Shown: one piece after another, positions 49,501 to 62,200 of the stretch
Position numbering within the stretch: the first letter of the stretch is position 1
Layout of the letters: the number at the start of each line of letters is the position of its first letter
Assembly (NCBI GenBank): GCA_965202585.1
Contig: OZ241829.1
Coordinates: 5,518,001 to 5,582,000, forward strand
Length of the DNA: 64,000 bases
DNA from: Thalia democratica
Lineage: Eukaryota
Direction: 5' to 3'
Program-made: the position numbers and the translations under genes
Notes under the pieces: generated by a model
The model's database searches: none
What the model was told of the DNA's origin: nothing
The model's input: only the letters and a program-made list of their open reading frames with translations

Positions 49501-51151
49501 ATTTCATTGAGGTTTTTACGCAAATGTACCGAAAAGTTTGGGGAAATCACCGCCCGGTTTGAGAATATTCCCTGAATCGAAACTTTATATTTAAAACTAA
49601 TGAGAAACTATTCATTTAGCACTAAAAACGAAAATAAGACTTATTATCGGCACTTTTGCAAATGTTTAATTTCTGATTAAGTTTATATATTCTGACGGAT
49701 ATGTTGTTACTTTTAATGTACTTTAGATGTGACAGCATCTGATTGTGACTAAATAAGTTATTCAAAACTCATATGTTGTTTGTAAAGTGCTTTAGAATAC
49801 GATTTTAACAGCGTAAAGTATTACACTACTATTTGAATTATTTATCTTTTTGATACTATTTGTCTAATTCAAATAGCATACACGTTTAAAATACTTCTTT
49901 CAAATGTTTATAAAAACACGTACATTCCAAAAATTTACTATGCTAATTAGGTAGTTCGAAAAAATAACAACTTTTGAAATTAAAAAAAAAACTTTGAAAA
50001 TTTTTGTTTTTAAAAACTTGTTGTAGTTTGTAATACAATTTAAACCAAGTTTAGGAAAAATTGTAAATAAATTTATTAATCAAAATTTTGTGCACCCTTA
50101 AATGAGTTTCGCGTATCCTTAAAATTTCGTGCACGCCATAAATAGTTTGAATTGGACACTGGTACACTAGTGTACACTAGTGTGCACCAGTGACACCTTG
50201 ACGGTCACTGGTATAGAATATAACAGAATTAAAAAAATAGTTAACGTAATAAGATCTAACTGCGTACTAAACAACTTTAAATTTAAATACAGCAAAAACA
50301 TTTCCTTTTTCATACTTTATTTTAGCGTTTTTTGAATTTCAATTAACCTTTAATTTAACCTTTAATATTAATTTATGTTGAGCAAACATGTGATAAAGAT
50401 GTAACATAATTAATTTATAATCGTACTAAATTTATTTATTACATTTTACTGCCGAATATAAAGATTTGTTAATGAAACAGAAGCCATTAGACAAAAAAAA
50501 AACCAAATCATTAATTTTTCTTGCTAGAAGTGGATAAACAAAAAGTAAATGTTTATATAAAAAAAACAAGGTGTTTGTAGTATAATAACGATGTTTTCCG
50601 ATCATCATGCAAATATTAAACTTAGATCATATTTATATCTTGCTAAAAATTAGTAAATATGCTAATAAGAAAAAAAATTGTTTTATTTAATATGCATTTA
50701 TATAGTTTTGTAAACTTTCAATTACTACTTTTAATAAAATTCAGTTTTTTTTTACACAGGTTGTAATTTATTGTTAACATAAATATATACAACATATAAA
50801 TGTGCATTTTACTTTGTGTTAGTTTTAAAATTACATGTTACATTTTAACGAACACAAGTGATGTACAATATTTCAAGTATAACAATGACAAGTTATAAAC
50901 TAGTTAAGAAACCAAATACTTCCATAAACAAAAAAATCAAGTTAAATTCAAGTTAAAAACTTAGATTATAAATCATCGACAATTGAGTAAATTAATGCTT
51001 AATGCATGGTAACAAAAACTAGTAGAAGTTATAAATGTTTTTCTGTATATTTTTTGTTGCAGTCATTTTTATCTGAATAAGTATAACTTTTTACTTACAA
51101 ATTTATAAACATAAAATTTAAAAATGTTTAACAGTCTAGCGCTTGCAACAT

Positions 51152-52024
51152 TTATTCAGTCACCTTAGCTTTTAATGACATTTTTTCGTACAATTTTTTC
51201 AATGTAGTGTTTCGAAAAACTGAATACTTTTGTTTGGAACAGTCAATAGAAATAGTGCAATTGTTTTTAGTTTTCAAGTAGCTAACTAAGTATTTGAGTG
51301 CTTCAATTGCTGCATCTTTTCTTTCATTTGGAAGTGTCTCTAACATACCATCAAGGTCAAGATTTGTCATTCGATTTTCCGTAGCTGCATTAATATTTCT
51401 ATCAGCACAATTTATTCTTGCAGAATTTGCTTTGACTTTTAATTTTGTTTCTGATTTCTTAACATTACCTTTTACTTTTAAAAGTACATTTGAATTGGAT
51501 TTAGCTAATATTTTCCGGGTATATTTTTTTCTTGTTGTTTCACCAATAATGGTATTTTCATCTTCATTCGGAATAATGTCAAATGATATAGTCAGATTGT
51601 TTTTATTCTCTATGAAATCAATTAATTTGAGAAGCCCTTTAATTTCATCATCTTTTTTAACCGGAAGAACATCTTCTAGATCATCATTAATAAGCGGAGC
51701 ATCTACAAAAGTTCGATTTTCTTCTGTATCGTCAGATTGTTCAGAAAAGTCCTCTTCTAGACCAGAATTTCTGTTAGCTACTTGTAGTTGATCAGTATTT
51801 CCTGATAGTTTTTCTTCCTCTGAAAAGATTGAGTCACGAATTTCATTCCACACCTTTTCAGCATCCTTATAATGCTCTGAATGTTTATTTGGTAACATTG
51901 CAGCTTTATATTCAGGATCTTGATATGAAAATCCATCCATTCTGTCCAGCAGTCGGTAAAACTTTCTGTCGGAAATTTCGGCAAATATTTTGTTTGATTC
52001 TTTGCACTGCTCATCTGAAGACAT
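51152..52024 (-). CDS. Second copy of the orphan ORF (290 aa from MSSDEQ)
   Basis: Open frame with six amino-acid differences from the left copy; the first ATG is mutated to ATT, the second is retained. Confidence 0.7.
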   Translation of the reverse strand: MSSDEQCKESNKIFAEISDRKFYRLLDRMDGFSYQDPEYKAAMLPNKHSEHYKDAEKVWNEIRDSIFSEEEKLSGNTDQLQVANRNSGLEEDFSEQSDDTEENRTFVDAPLINDDLEDVLPVKKDDEIKGLLKLIDFIENKNNLTISFDIIPNEDENTIIGETTRKKYTRKILAKSNSNVLLKVKGNVKKSETKLKVKANSARINCADRNINAATENRMTNLDLDGMLETLPNERKDAAIEALKYLVSYLKTKNNCTISIDCSKQKYSVFRNTTLKKLYEKMSLKAKVTE

Positions 52025-53635
52025 TGCAGAAATTTTTGTTATTTCAGAGTAAATGAAGATGCTATGAAAATGTATGGACTGTATGTAACTTTTGATACAC
52101 AAATAAATAACTTCAAAAACGTTTCAAAGTAAGTCAGTAATATAAAACAAAAGACATACCGGAATTTTATCAGAGCTATAAAAATTTCAAATAAAAGATC
52201 ACTCTTTTATTGAAATACTATGGTATTGAAATCTTAAATTTGACAAATATATTTAACAACAAGCTGTTTAAGCATCTTTTTGTAAATAACTGAACATATC
52301 TTATAAATAAACCAGAGTTTTTAATTTTATTTAAAAAGTAGCATTCATTATTTAATTGCATTAAAACCGTCTAAAATTAGACTAACTGTTATAATATTCT
52401 ATGAGTTAGTTAGTACTTTGGTCTAAACTAAACACTACTTAAAGTGTTTTCAACTTTATTATTTTTCCGTGCCTAAAATAGTTAAATTTACAAATACTTG
52501 ATCAAATGCATAACTGATAACAAAACTGTTGAACCTAGAAATGAATTACAAATTAAATAAATAAGTCTTTAGTTTATTTTATAAAATAATAAAAAGCAAA
52601 ATTTAACAACACAAAAACTATTTTGTTGTTGTTTATTACCCAAATGATTTGTAATTTTTTTTATACAAAACTACTATTTACCTAATGTTTAAGAAATAAA
52701 ATTTTAGATACTATATTGATTATAAAGTTGAAGTATAGAGTGATATCAAACTATTTATTTTCCAAATGATTTTCATTAACTGAATACAACAAAAACAAAT
52801 ACTAAAAACAATTAAATATATTATCTAGACTACTTTAAAATGTATAAACGTTTATACTATTAAGTTTATGTAACTAAAAACAACATTTGCACTATGCTAT
52901 AATGAATGACGTACAGTTTGTTTGTCTAAAGCCAGGTTTCTGTAGAATTTGATAGTTTTTAAGAAAACATTTAAATACAGATTATTTTGTTCAAATTGAA
53001 CTGTTTATAAACGATTGTCAATTTTTAATTAAAACGGAATAACCCATCCGTAGCAAACATTTAAGTGTTTGATAGTAATAATAAGTATGTAAATTCACTT
53101 TTAAAATTTTAAAAAGAAAACTAATAAAACAATTAAAGAAAGACGATGTTTGTAACGTTATGTAAATGTCAATAACTCGTTTTAAATTTTAGTAGGTAAT
53201 TAAATTGTTGTACACTTTTAACTGCACAAATTTAAAAGTAATTATTTTGTATACTCTTATAATGTATTGAAAAGAGGTCACTCCCTGGGCATAAGAACAG
53301 TTATTAACAACCAGGAGCATCGCGTGGGATAGAGCACGTAAAAAATTAATAAACATAATTATAATATAAACCTGTTATTTTTTTAATAAACGCTAGTTTA
53401 CAAATGATTTTTAGTAAGTATATTATATCTGTTATTTTAGATTACTTTTTAAAAATACAAACTAAGGGATTTTTTTGATAACTCTAAATTTTTGCACTAC
53501 CTAACAAACACCAAGCGTTGCTACTATAATAAACTACAATTTTATTGTCGTTTAATATATACTATAAATTATTACATAGTTTTTATTTGCCTTTCGTTCT
53601 AACTAACATTGTTTAATATGTTCATATGTATCGAC

Positions 53636-54074
53636 GGGTAGCTGTCAAATTTGTATGAGCGTACAAAATTTTACGAGGGACAAAATTGCTTAGAAAATAT
53701 TTTTTACGAGTTGATTTTTCTTTTTTTTATGTTTAGTTTTTTTTTATCATCACTATTAACTTTAGCCCTTACCCTCGTTCGATAACTTATTTTTAAATGT
53801 TTAATTTTTTTTACACTTTCACTGATACCTCTAACCCTTACCCTCGATCGGTAGCTTTTGATTTCTTTTATTTAATTAGTTATTTTTTATTGTTTTTTTT
53901 TATTAATAATATATTTTATTAGTTTTTTTTTTAATTTCATTTTTACTATCACTTTTACCCCTTACCTTTACCCTCGATCAGTAACTTTTTTTCTTTTTAA
54001 TGTTTTGTTTATTCATCTTTTTTTTTACACATATTTTCTCTCGTGGAAAAATGACCCTCTGTGCAAATTTGTAA
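53636..54074. mobile_element. Mirror of MULE-like copy C, truncated by a ~1.4-kb deletion
   Basis: One TIR and the TSD (TGTATCGAC, 53627-53635) are retained; the other end is fused to the ETS 3' region. Confidence 0.8.
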
Positions 54075-54270
54075 TATAACAAATATAACTAAAAAGGAAA
54101 ATTCTATATCATTGAGAAGTTTAAAACATTATAATTTTCTAAAGCTACATTTTGTAATTAGTAAAGTATTTCCTAAATTAAAAAATTGACTACTTGTGAT
54201 TTATAAGTCTTTTTAAATTGGCCTACTTTTAAATAAAGCATAAACTTTTTTGAACACGTTTTCAAAATAT

Positions 54271-57200
54271 TCAGCTAATATCAGTTGTATTAAAAAGTTG
54301 TGGGTAAAATGTACTGCCTTCCATTAACTTCACTTGTCCTCCTTTAACTCCTACTTGTCCTCCGTTAACTCCTACTTGGTCCCTACCTCCTAAATGGTCA
54401 CTTTCTACTCTAGGGAAATACCCGTATGAGTCTCGGAAACCACTTGGTTTGAAGCCTGTTGAAAAATTTATTGTTTCAGTTGCAACACTGAAAATAGGGT
54501 TGTAGAAAACCGATACACGAAGTTTCAAAATTAAAAAAATATATACGTACCTGCAGACATACTGCTTCTATTATAACCTTGAGAGCTCGCTAATAAGGAC
54601 TGCTTGGCAAACTCATGATAGTTGTAAGAATTAATATACGGGTAATTGTACATGTTATCATGATTGTGTTGGTTACTAGTATTCCCACCAACAGAAGGTA
54701 GCACAAATATTGTGTTGAAATTGAATTTGTATGTGTACCGCTTTCTGGTTACTTTCGTCATAATGCCTTTGTCGTAGTAGTACCTGAAAACATTTTTAGT
54801 GCAAATTTTATAACGTTTCTATATGCTTTATGACATTACAAGTTGTATGTTAAAGTATTAATATCTTTATATAATATAGACATCTGTATAAATTAAATAT
54901 AACTAGTTTTTTTTTTAAGTTTTGTTCAACAGCACTAGACAATTTGAATTGGAGCTAAGTATTTATTTGGTTATATAAATAAACAATAGGTTTATACCAC
55001 CGTTTCGTACATGAGATACATTACCTCATATACTCATCAGTAAAGCTAAAGTTTATTAACAATGTTTAACAGAAATTTAGAATTAGAAAATTTTGTTAGT
55101 ATTATGACGTAGTAATAATGAAAGTTTTTGTACAGCAAGTTAAGTTTGAAAAATACACTGATCTTTGAAAAGTATTGAAAGATTGTATTAGAAAAATTAT
55201 TAAACTGTTCGTGTGCGTGGTTTAATTTTAATTAAAACACTAAATCAAAATAAAATTAAGCCGCAAACACATAAGTAAAACTTTTCTGATGAGTACATAA
55301 GGTAATGTATCTCACATACGAAACGGTGGTATGAACCTTTTTTTATATAATTTAAATATATATATATATATTTAGTTATATATAATCTTGGTTAATTAAC
55401 CATTTTTTTTAAACTGTTTACACAGTAATTAACTTCATTCAAATTTACAAAACATCTTTATAGGCTAGATCGAACAAAAATATAATAATTAAAATAAAAA
55501 GTGTTGACAAATAATAATGAAAACTAAAAAAGTTATTTTACTTTTAGGGTGTGATTTTTATTTGCAAATAAAGTGAAAATTCTATAAATTTATTTTTAAA
55601 CAACTTTGGAAATCTACATAAAAATTATAAATATGTATATAGTTTTATATATTTTTACAGCTCAAAATTTTCTATGAGCATAAAACTGTTGTAGATTTTT
55701 ATTGTTAAATTTTACTTTGATCAAAATTTGTAAATAGACAAAGTTCTTCATTAACATGTTTATCTTAGTTTTGCAAAATTTACATCAAAAATAATTTTAT
55801 AACTTTGTTATTTCCTTTTTACCTCTAATCAATTTATCATCAATCAGTTAATACAACGTTTGTTCACTAAAATATATCATACATAACAAATGTTTACCTT
55901 ATATATGATCATATAAAATTAGCTATCTATATTGTGTACGTTGTATACATTTTTGTAAAACAGCAGGAGTATCACCGATTATTATTACAATATAAAGCTT
56001 ATATGTTAACCTCAAAGCTCTGCTAAGCTTTTCATAATTCATATTGGGTTTTTTCTTCTTCTCTCCCTAACTTTTTGCAACATCCTCAGGATCATGTATC
56101 TTGAACTCACCGTCTATTCCTGTTTAAATAAAGAAACTAAATTAGGTAAAAAAAATTTAGAAAAAATATTTGGATCTGATATCTTTAATTGTATGTAAGT
56201 ACTTGTGTAGTTGATAAACTTTAGTAAAATAAAATTAAGTTAGCTGAAAAAGAAATCAAGATTAGACTATTAGAAAACTTTTTCAGCAAAATAGCCTACA
56301 TAATAAGAGGGTATTTAAAAAAAAGATCATTGTACTTTTAAAAGGAAAAAGAAATAGAAATAATGTCGCATGCACTTTTATGGAATTTGTAAATAAAAAA
56401 TAGTTGCTTTAATAATAGTACAAAAACAATCAAAAATTTAATTACCTTCCCAAGCTATAGAAGATGAGTTAGACGGATCGCTCAAAAGTTCCAGTAAAAA
56501 TTGCCACAATTGTATCTGAGCATTTCCTTTGTTGCTAAATCTTCTATCTGTTTAACAAAATTGCTTTCTTTATGTTTTTGTGCAAACCAAATAAAACAAA
56601 TCGTCAAAATGAACAAATAATTTTATCATCAAGTTCAAAGTAAGATTTTAAAAGTTAATTTGAGATTTTAAGTTTAAAAAAGATAAAGAACAATAATTAT
56701 CTTAAGTTATTTTATGCTCCTATCGCTATAGAAAAACTATTTTTTTTACATACACCGTATTTATTCAAAAATAAAAGTAGTTTAGTTTTAACGTAAAAAA
56801 TTTATTTAGACAGCAAAAAATATTTAATTAGTTATACAATTTTATGGATTTTTTAAAGTAGTCTTTTTATATCAAACATACCAGTGTGTTTGAATTTAGC
56901 GTAAGCATCAACTTCCAAATCCTTGTTCAACAAATTTGCTGAACTACATTTTGTTTGTTGAGCGGTATTATCTGTTACAAAAAACATCATAAAGTGTGTA
57001 TTGGCTTTATTACATTATGTAGTTTGTTTCATTTAAACATTTCCACTTATGCAGACCACTTGTTCAATAAATCCAAAAAAAAAATTAAAGTTACTGGTGT
57101 TTTAGCGATATAAAAAAACCCAACTCAATGTGAAGCAACAAGGCACTATGTTTTTTAAAATGGGTTACAACTTGTGTTAAGTAGATATGGAAGGCAATTT

Positions 57201-58998
57201 ATAGTTTGAACATTAGTATAAAAACAAAACCTTATTAACTCAGAACTATACTAAGTAGAGTTCAATATATATTTTAATTTGATACAATGTTAGATAGATG
57301 TGTGTATATAACAGGGGCGTGTTTTGACTGGTTTCCTGTGAACCCCCTGAAAAAAATGAAAAAAAATGAAAAAACGATTCTTAGAATATCACTAAAAACG
57401 TTCTTTATTGACTTTGGTCGGTTTTTTGATAAACTTTGAATAATGAATGTTGAATTTATAACACTTAAAGGTTATAATTTTTTATAACAAAAATTCTCGT
57501 TTTTCCCCAGCTAAAATCGATTTCAAATAAAATTTTAATTGTGACGTGATAATAGGTAAAAGTTTTTAAGTACCATATTTTTTCTGGAAAACTTTTTATT
57601 ACGATTTACTAAGTCAATCATTTGAGAAGTATATATTATATTTCTACATAAGTTTGTACATATATACTTCATAATATTACTTTGTGTTTGTTAATTAACT
57701 CAGTTTAGCTAAAAAATGTAAAGGCTTTTATTTTTAACAGTTTAAATTAGTTTATTTTACAAGTTTTAGTAAGTTTTAATTTTAAAATCTTTTTAAAAAC
57801 TTTGATTTTTATATTGATCCATTGTTATAAAATACATCTTTAATTGGTTACAAATTTAGAACTTGGCTTAGTTTGTTAATGTTAATTGTTATTAATTTTT
57901 CATTTGCTCTCGTTATAATTATTAGCTTGACTATTTTGACTGGAACTATTTAACTAGGTAATTTGTTATCATTGAGCATACTTTTCTATTATTTAGACAA
58001 GTTTGTTACTAATTTTAAGTGGTTCTATTTTCTTTAGTATCTTAAGTAAAAAAGCTTTCATTCCACATGTTAGCTCCATAATGTAAGGAATTTTTCTTAC
58101 ATTGTATATAATAACAGCACAGAATTTTTTTGTTGATGTATAAATATATTTTTTTTCAAATATTTTAGTTGTAAAGTTTAATTGTCTCATTTTAGATAGA
58201 ATTTTTCATTTTAGAGTCTAAATTTTGACTGTAATTTTTTTTTTCTTTTTTTTTCATTTGTAACTCATTATAAATTCGCAACTCAATGATCGAGAAGTCT
58301 TTTTGCGTATCCAGGTCCTTAAACCAAAACATTTTGAGCAATTTTTCGTTTTTGCTCAATAAACCACTACTGTCCATTAAGCATTTAAAAGTTTTTCTGA
58401 CACACAAACAAAAACATGCGGATTTTTTATTTTTTCGTATACGTGTTATTTAAAACACTAACTGTAGTTTCCATTGACCACTCTGCTTCTCTCTACAGAA
58501 TTTTGGTAACAACTTAGGGAATTTCCCTTGCTTGAAACCGGTGTAAATGCGCTAAATCTCCGCTCAACTAGACTTTGAAGATGTGAAATTGCAGGTGATG
58601 AATTTGGAAGAAATTGTTGCTTTGTTGTTATATCTTAAACAAGTTACATTTTGTTACTTTCTTAAACTATTAAAATGCTACTACCTGTATTTTTATGCAA
58701 ACTATCTAGTTTATATAATTGTACAGTACAAAAGAACTTTTGGCTACATAACAAATTTTTTCCTATTGGAAAAAAAAATCTCAAAAACTCTTATTTACAC
58801 ATTTGCACATTAGAAGCTAAAAGTTATTAATTTTTAATTATAACTACAACTTACTTGATTTCTCAACTCCTCTCAAAAAATTCAGATGATCAACAAAAAT
58901 TCTTCCCGACTTCTCATCTTTGGTGATATCAATAAAATCTTCTTTTGTCAATTCGCACAAACTCTCCCCGACAAAACCTTCAAACAATTGTGATGTCA
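54271..58998 (-). pseudogene. 5'-truncated ERG/FLI1-like paralog with a nonsense codon in the ETS domain
   Basis: Exons 58855-58998 (half PNT), 58463-58633, 56882-56971, 56446-56547, 56011-56119, 54551-54783 and 54271-54455 retain splice sites; KRWG became KS*G (TAG at 56067-56069); N-terminal exons are absent from the window. Confidence 0.88.
54988..55338. mobile_element. Mirror copy of the intronic MITE
   Basis: Same ~60-bp TIR pair as 35078-35440. Confidence 0.7.
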
Positions 58999-59213
58999 AT
59001 TAAACTTCAGTTGACTATGAAAAGAGAGACTACTAAAGTCTGATAGATTTTTTTCAAACAGAGATGGCCATCTAGAAAGAGTTTTTTTTTACCAAAACCT
59101 GATTTAAACACTTTAAACGGCCAAACTTTAGAACTTAAAATTAAAAATGGGAATCTGAAATGAGAAACAGTGATACCCTAAAAAAATATTTTTTTAAATG
59201 CATCTAGCCCCTG
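58999..59213 (-). mobile_element. Single hAT-like element end abutting the outer palindrome breakpoint
   Basis: The minus strand begins CAGGGGCTAGATGC at 59213, resembling hAT termini seen here (CAGGGGCG, CAGAGGCG), and runs 215 bp into the mid-PNT breakpoint; no partner TIR. Confidence 0.35.
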
Positions 59214-59248
59214 ACCACTTAAAGGGTAAAGTAAAAGAAATTTTAAGT

Positions 59249-62200
59249 TTAGATATTAATAGTTTCAAACACCATTGCAGAAATAATTGTTATGCAGATC
59301 AGCACTACACAAAGGAAGTAGCTAGAAATATGAGCTGTAGTAATTTCAGATATAATAAACAAAGGTCTAAACCAAACTACTTTTATAAGAACCAAGGACA
59401 TATTGATCCAAACCAAAATACTTTCCCACATGAAGGTAATAATAGAACAGTAAAACACTGTAATTTTGCAAACAAAAAAAACTTTTTCAGTTCATTCAAC
59501 CAGAAAGGCACTAAAATTCTAATATGGCACTAAAATAATATTGTAGCTAATGTAAGTGCACATTACAAAGAATAGATTAAGACTAGTTGTAATATGCTGA
59601 CAAGATGTTTTAAATAAAAAATTAAATAATATTATTACATGAAGAGAAAATATTGAGTTTATGAAAGTTCTGGTAGCTCTAACAAGTAAGTTGCAATGAA
59701 GGATTTAAAAGAAAAGACAAGCTTAAATAAAATTAGTGAGAGTTATACATGCGATAAAACTTTAGGAAATTTTTTTTTTATTTCCAACTCAATTTTTTTA
59801 ATTTTTTTTATTAAGTTTGAAAATGTTAAACATTTTTAGACAAACATTAATTATTAACTGTTTATATATTTACTAACAATAAGTTCACTGCAAAATTTAT
59901 TTCATAAAAGAAAACACATTTTTAGTTATGAGCGGTTTATGTCTTTGTGCTAGGATAATTTTTTATTTAAGCCATACTTGAGTTTACAGGTAGCTGATTA
60001 CTTTTATTTGAAACATTTATGACACAATAAGAAAGGCCATAATTTTCAAAGATGTAAATTGGTTTATATGTATACTAAATAAAAACATACCAACGGATAA
60101 TTAAACAAAAAGGTTCTGTAAAATTTTTGAGTTAAAATGCAAGTTAAAAAACTCATACAACAATTGTCAAAACTATGTATGAAATTATTTAAATAGGTAC
60201 AAAAAAATTAAAAAAAAAAAATGGCAATAAGTATATTTTAAACATTCGACAAAATAGTTACTTAGTTTTGCATTTTTATAATTTATTTGAAATTGAAATA
60301 ATATCAGCAAAAACTAAAAATCTGTTACATTTGCTAGGCAAAACTTAGTTTTGTTATAAAAAATGCTCAATACTTCTGTAAAATAGAACAAAATTCATAA
60401 AAAACAAAGCTGTAATGATAACAAATTTTGAAAAAATAATAATGTTTGTATAATATAATTGAACAAACTAACTTTTTCCCATGGAAAAATACAATGTTCA
60501 CTTGTTGGTTTAATGGAAGTATTTTATACCTGTGAGTAATTAGCATATTATTAGATTAATTTACTTAAGTAGATCTCACATTAAAATATGAGCAGAAAAT
60601 TTTAAAACAAATTAATATTTAAGTAGAAACAATCACAAATTATTTAATATTTATAATAGCAAGCATGAAAATTTTACTCTTATTAGTAATATTTTTATTT
60701 ATGTAAAAACTTTTTTGAAAGTCTATATACAAAATCTTCACCACAAAAAAGTAAGTATTCTATGTTGTTACAAACTTTAAAAATGTTTAACTTTCAATTA
60801 ACATATTTGCTACACTTTTTTTGCAACAGATGATGCATGAAGTATTTTACAAATGAATAGTTTTTTAAAACCATTAATAATATAACTACCTACTGATGCG
60901 TGTATAATTAGATTATATTGATATCCTACTACAAAAATAAAACACTAACATAGAAAAGTATTGAACATGTAAAATAATTAAAAATATTAAGTTTTTTGAT
61001 AATTTTTTACTTTAGTTTTTATTAACAGCAGATGGTGCATGAACTTTTTAATAAATGAATAATTTTTTAAACAGTATAAAATTTATTTACCTACTGATGT
61101 GTGTATAATTGGATTATATTGATATCCGACTACAAAAACCAAACAATAACATATTAAAAGAAAATGTAACGGAGTTTTTTGTTATAAAGATTTTCTTATA
61201 AACTTTATAATGGTTTAAACGTACAAAAAAACATTATTGTGTAAAACAGGAATTTTAAATTCACTGCATTAAGTAATATGATAACCTTATTTTATATTAT
61301 AACTTGTAAATCTTATAGCTTTTGATACAATTTATTTAAACAATGGTCTATTTTGTATATTTATAACAATTAAATTAACAAAATAAACTAAAGATTAAGC
61401 GTTAAAAAATGTGTTAAAACAACAATATTTTAGTTGAAACTAAAAAAAAAATTGCACAAAAATTTTAACATAAATACTTACCAAAGTAAAATTAAAATAG
61501 CATTAGTGCACTTTGAAGACTACAAACTAATATTTCTTTTGTCGGATTGATTTTGTTATATATAAGCTACGTATATGGTTTCTCCTTATAATCTCTTTAA
61601 ACTTTTTTATTATTATAACCTAAGGGCTTACTATAAAAAGTTGAACAAATACGGCTATAGGTAATGATAAGAAAAATACTAAATATATATATTTTTTTCT
61701 TCTTTTATTTTTCATTCAACTATTTATTTTTATCTTTAAATAAGTTTTTGTGAACATACAATAAAAATCTTTGAAAAATAGCTTATGAAAAGTATAATAC
61801 TCTATAGTTTGCTGTAAACTAAAGGCTTACACAGCTTTTGGACGTTGGTTTTAATTATGACGAATGAAGTACATTTTTTATTTTGTATTAAAAGTTAGCA
61901 GCACTCGTTAGAACGTGTACAAAAAAACACTGTACAATGTTTAAAAAGTAAAATGTTAATTTTATTATAACTGTGCAAAAAAGGGTGTACTTTTTATATT
62001 TATAACAACAAAAGTAACAAAATAAACAAAATATTAAGCGTAAAAAACAGTTTAAGTTACATACCAAAGTTCAAGCTTAAAAAATAGTTAACAATTTTTC
62101 ACAAATATTTTAATGAAAGCTTATAAAAATAAATTTGATAGGTTTTACATAAAATAATGGTTACTTAGACATTAGGAAAAAAATCTTAAATAAGACTTAT

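Larger units (their letters stand above)
46141..58998 (-). repeat. Right arm of the large inverted duplication (12858 bp)
   Basis: Reverse-complement match to 30643-45744. The 2244-bp length difference is mostly explained by the ~745-bp and ~1.4-kb arm-specific indels. Confidence 0.95.

Noticed and set aside
30643-58998. Palindrome as a simple long-read fold-back chimera
   Set aside because: A read chimera would give near-identical arms; these differ by several percent to more than 10%, with kb-scale indels and codon-biased substitutions. A haplotype misjoin is not excluded.
59198-59533. 111-aa plus-strand ORF
   Set aside because: No domain, starts within the hAT-like end, and looks like the antisense shadow of a hydrophobic minus-strand frame.
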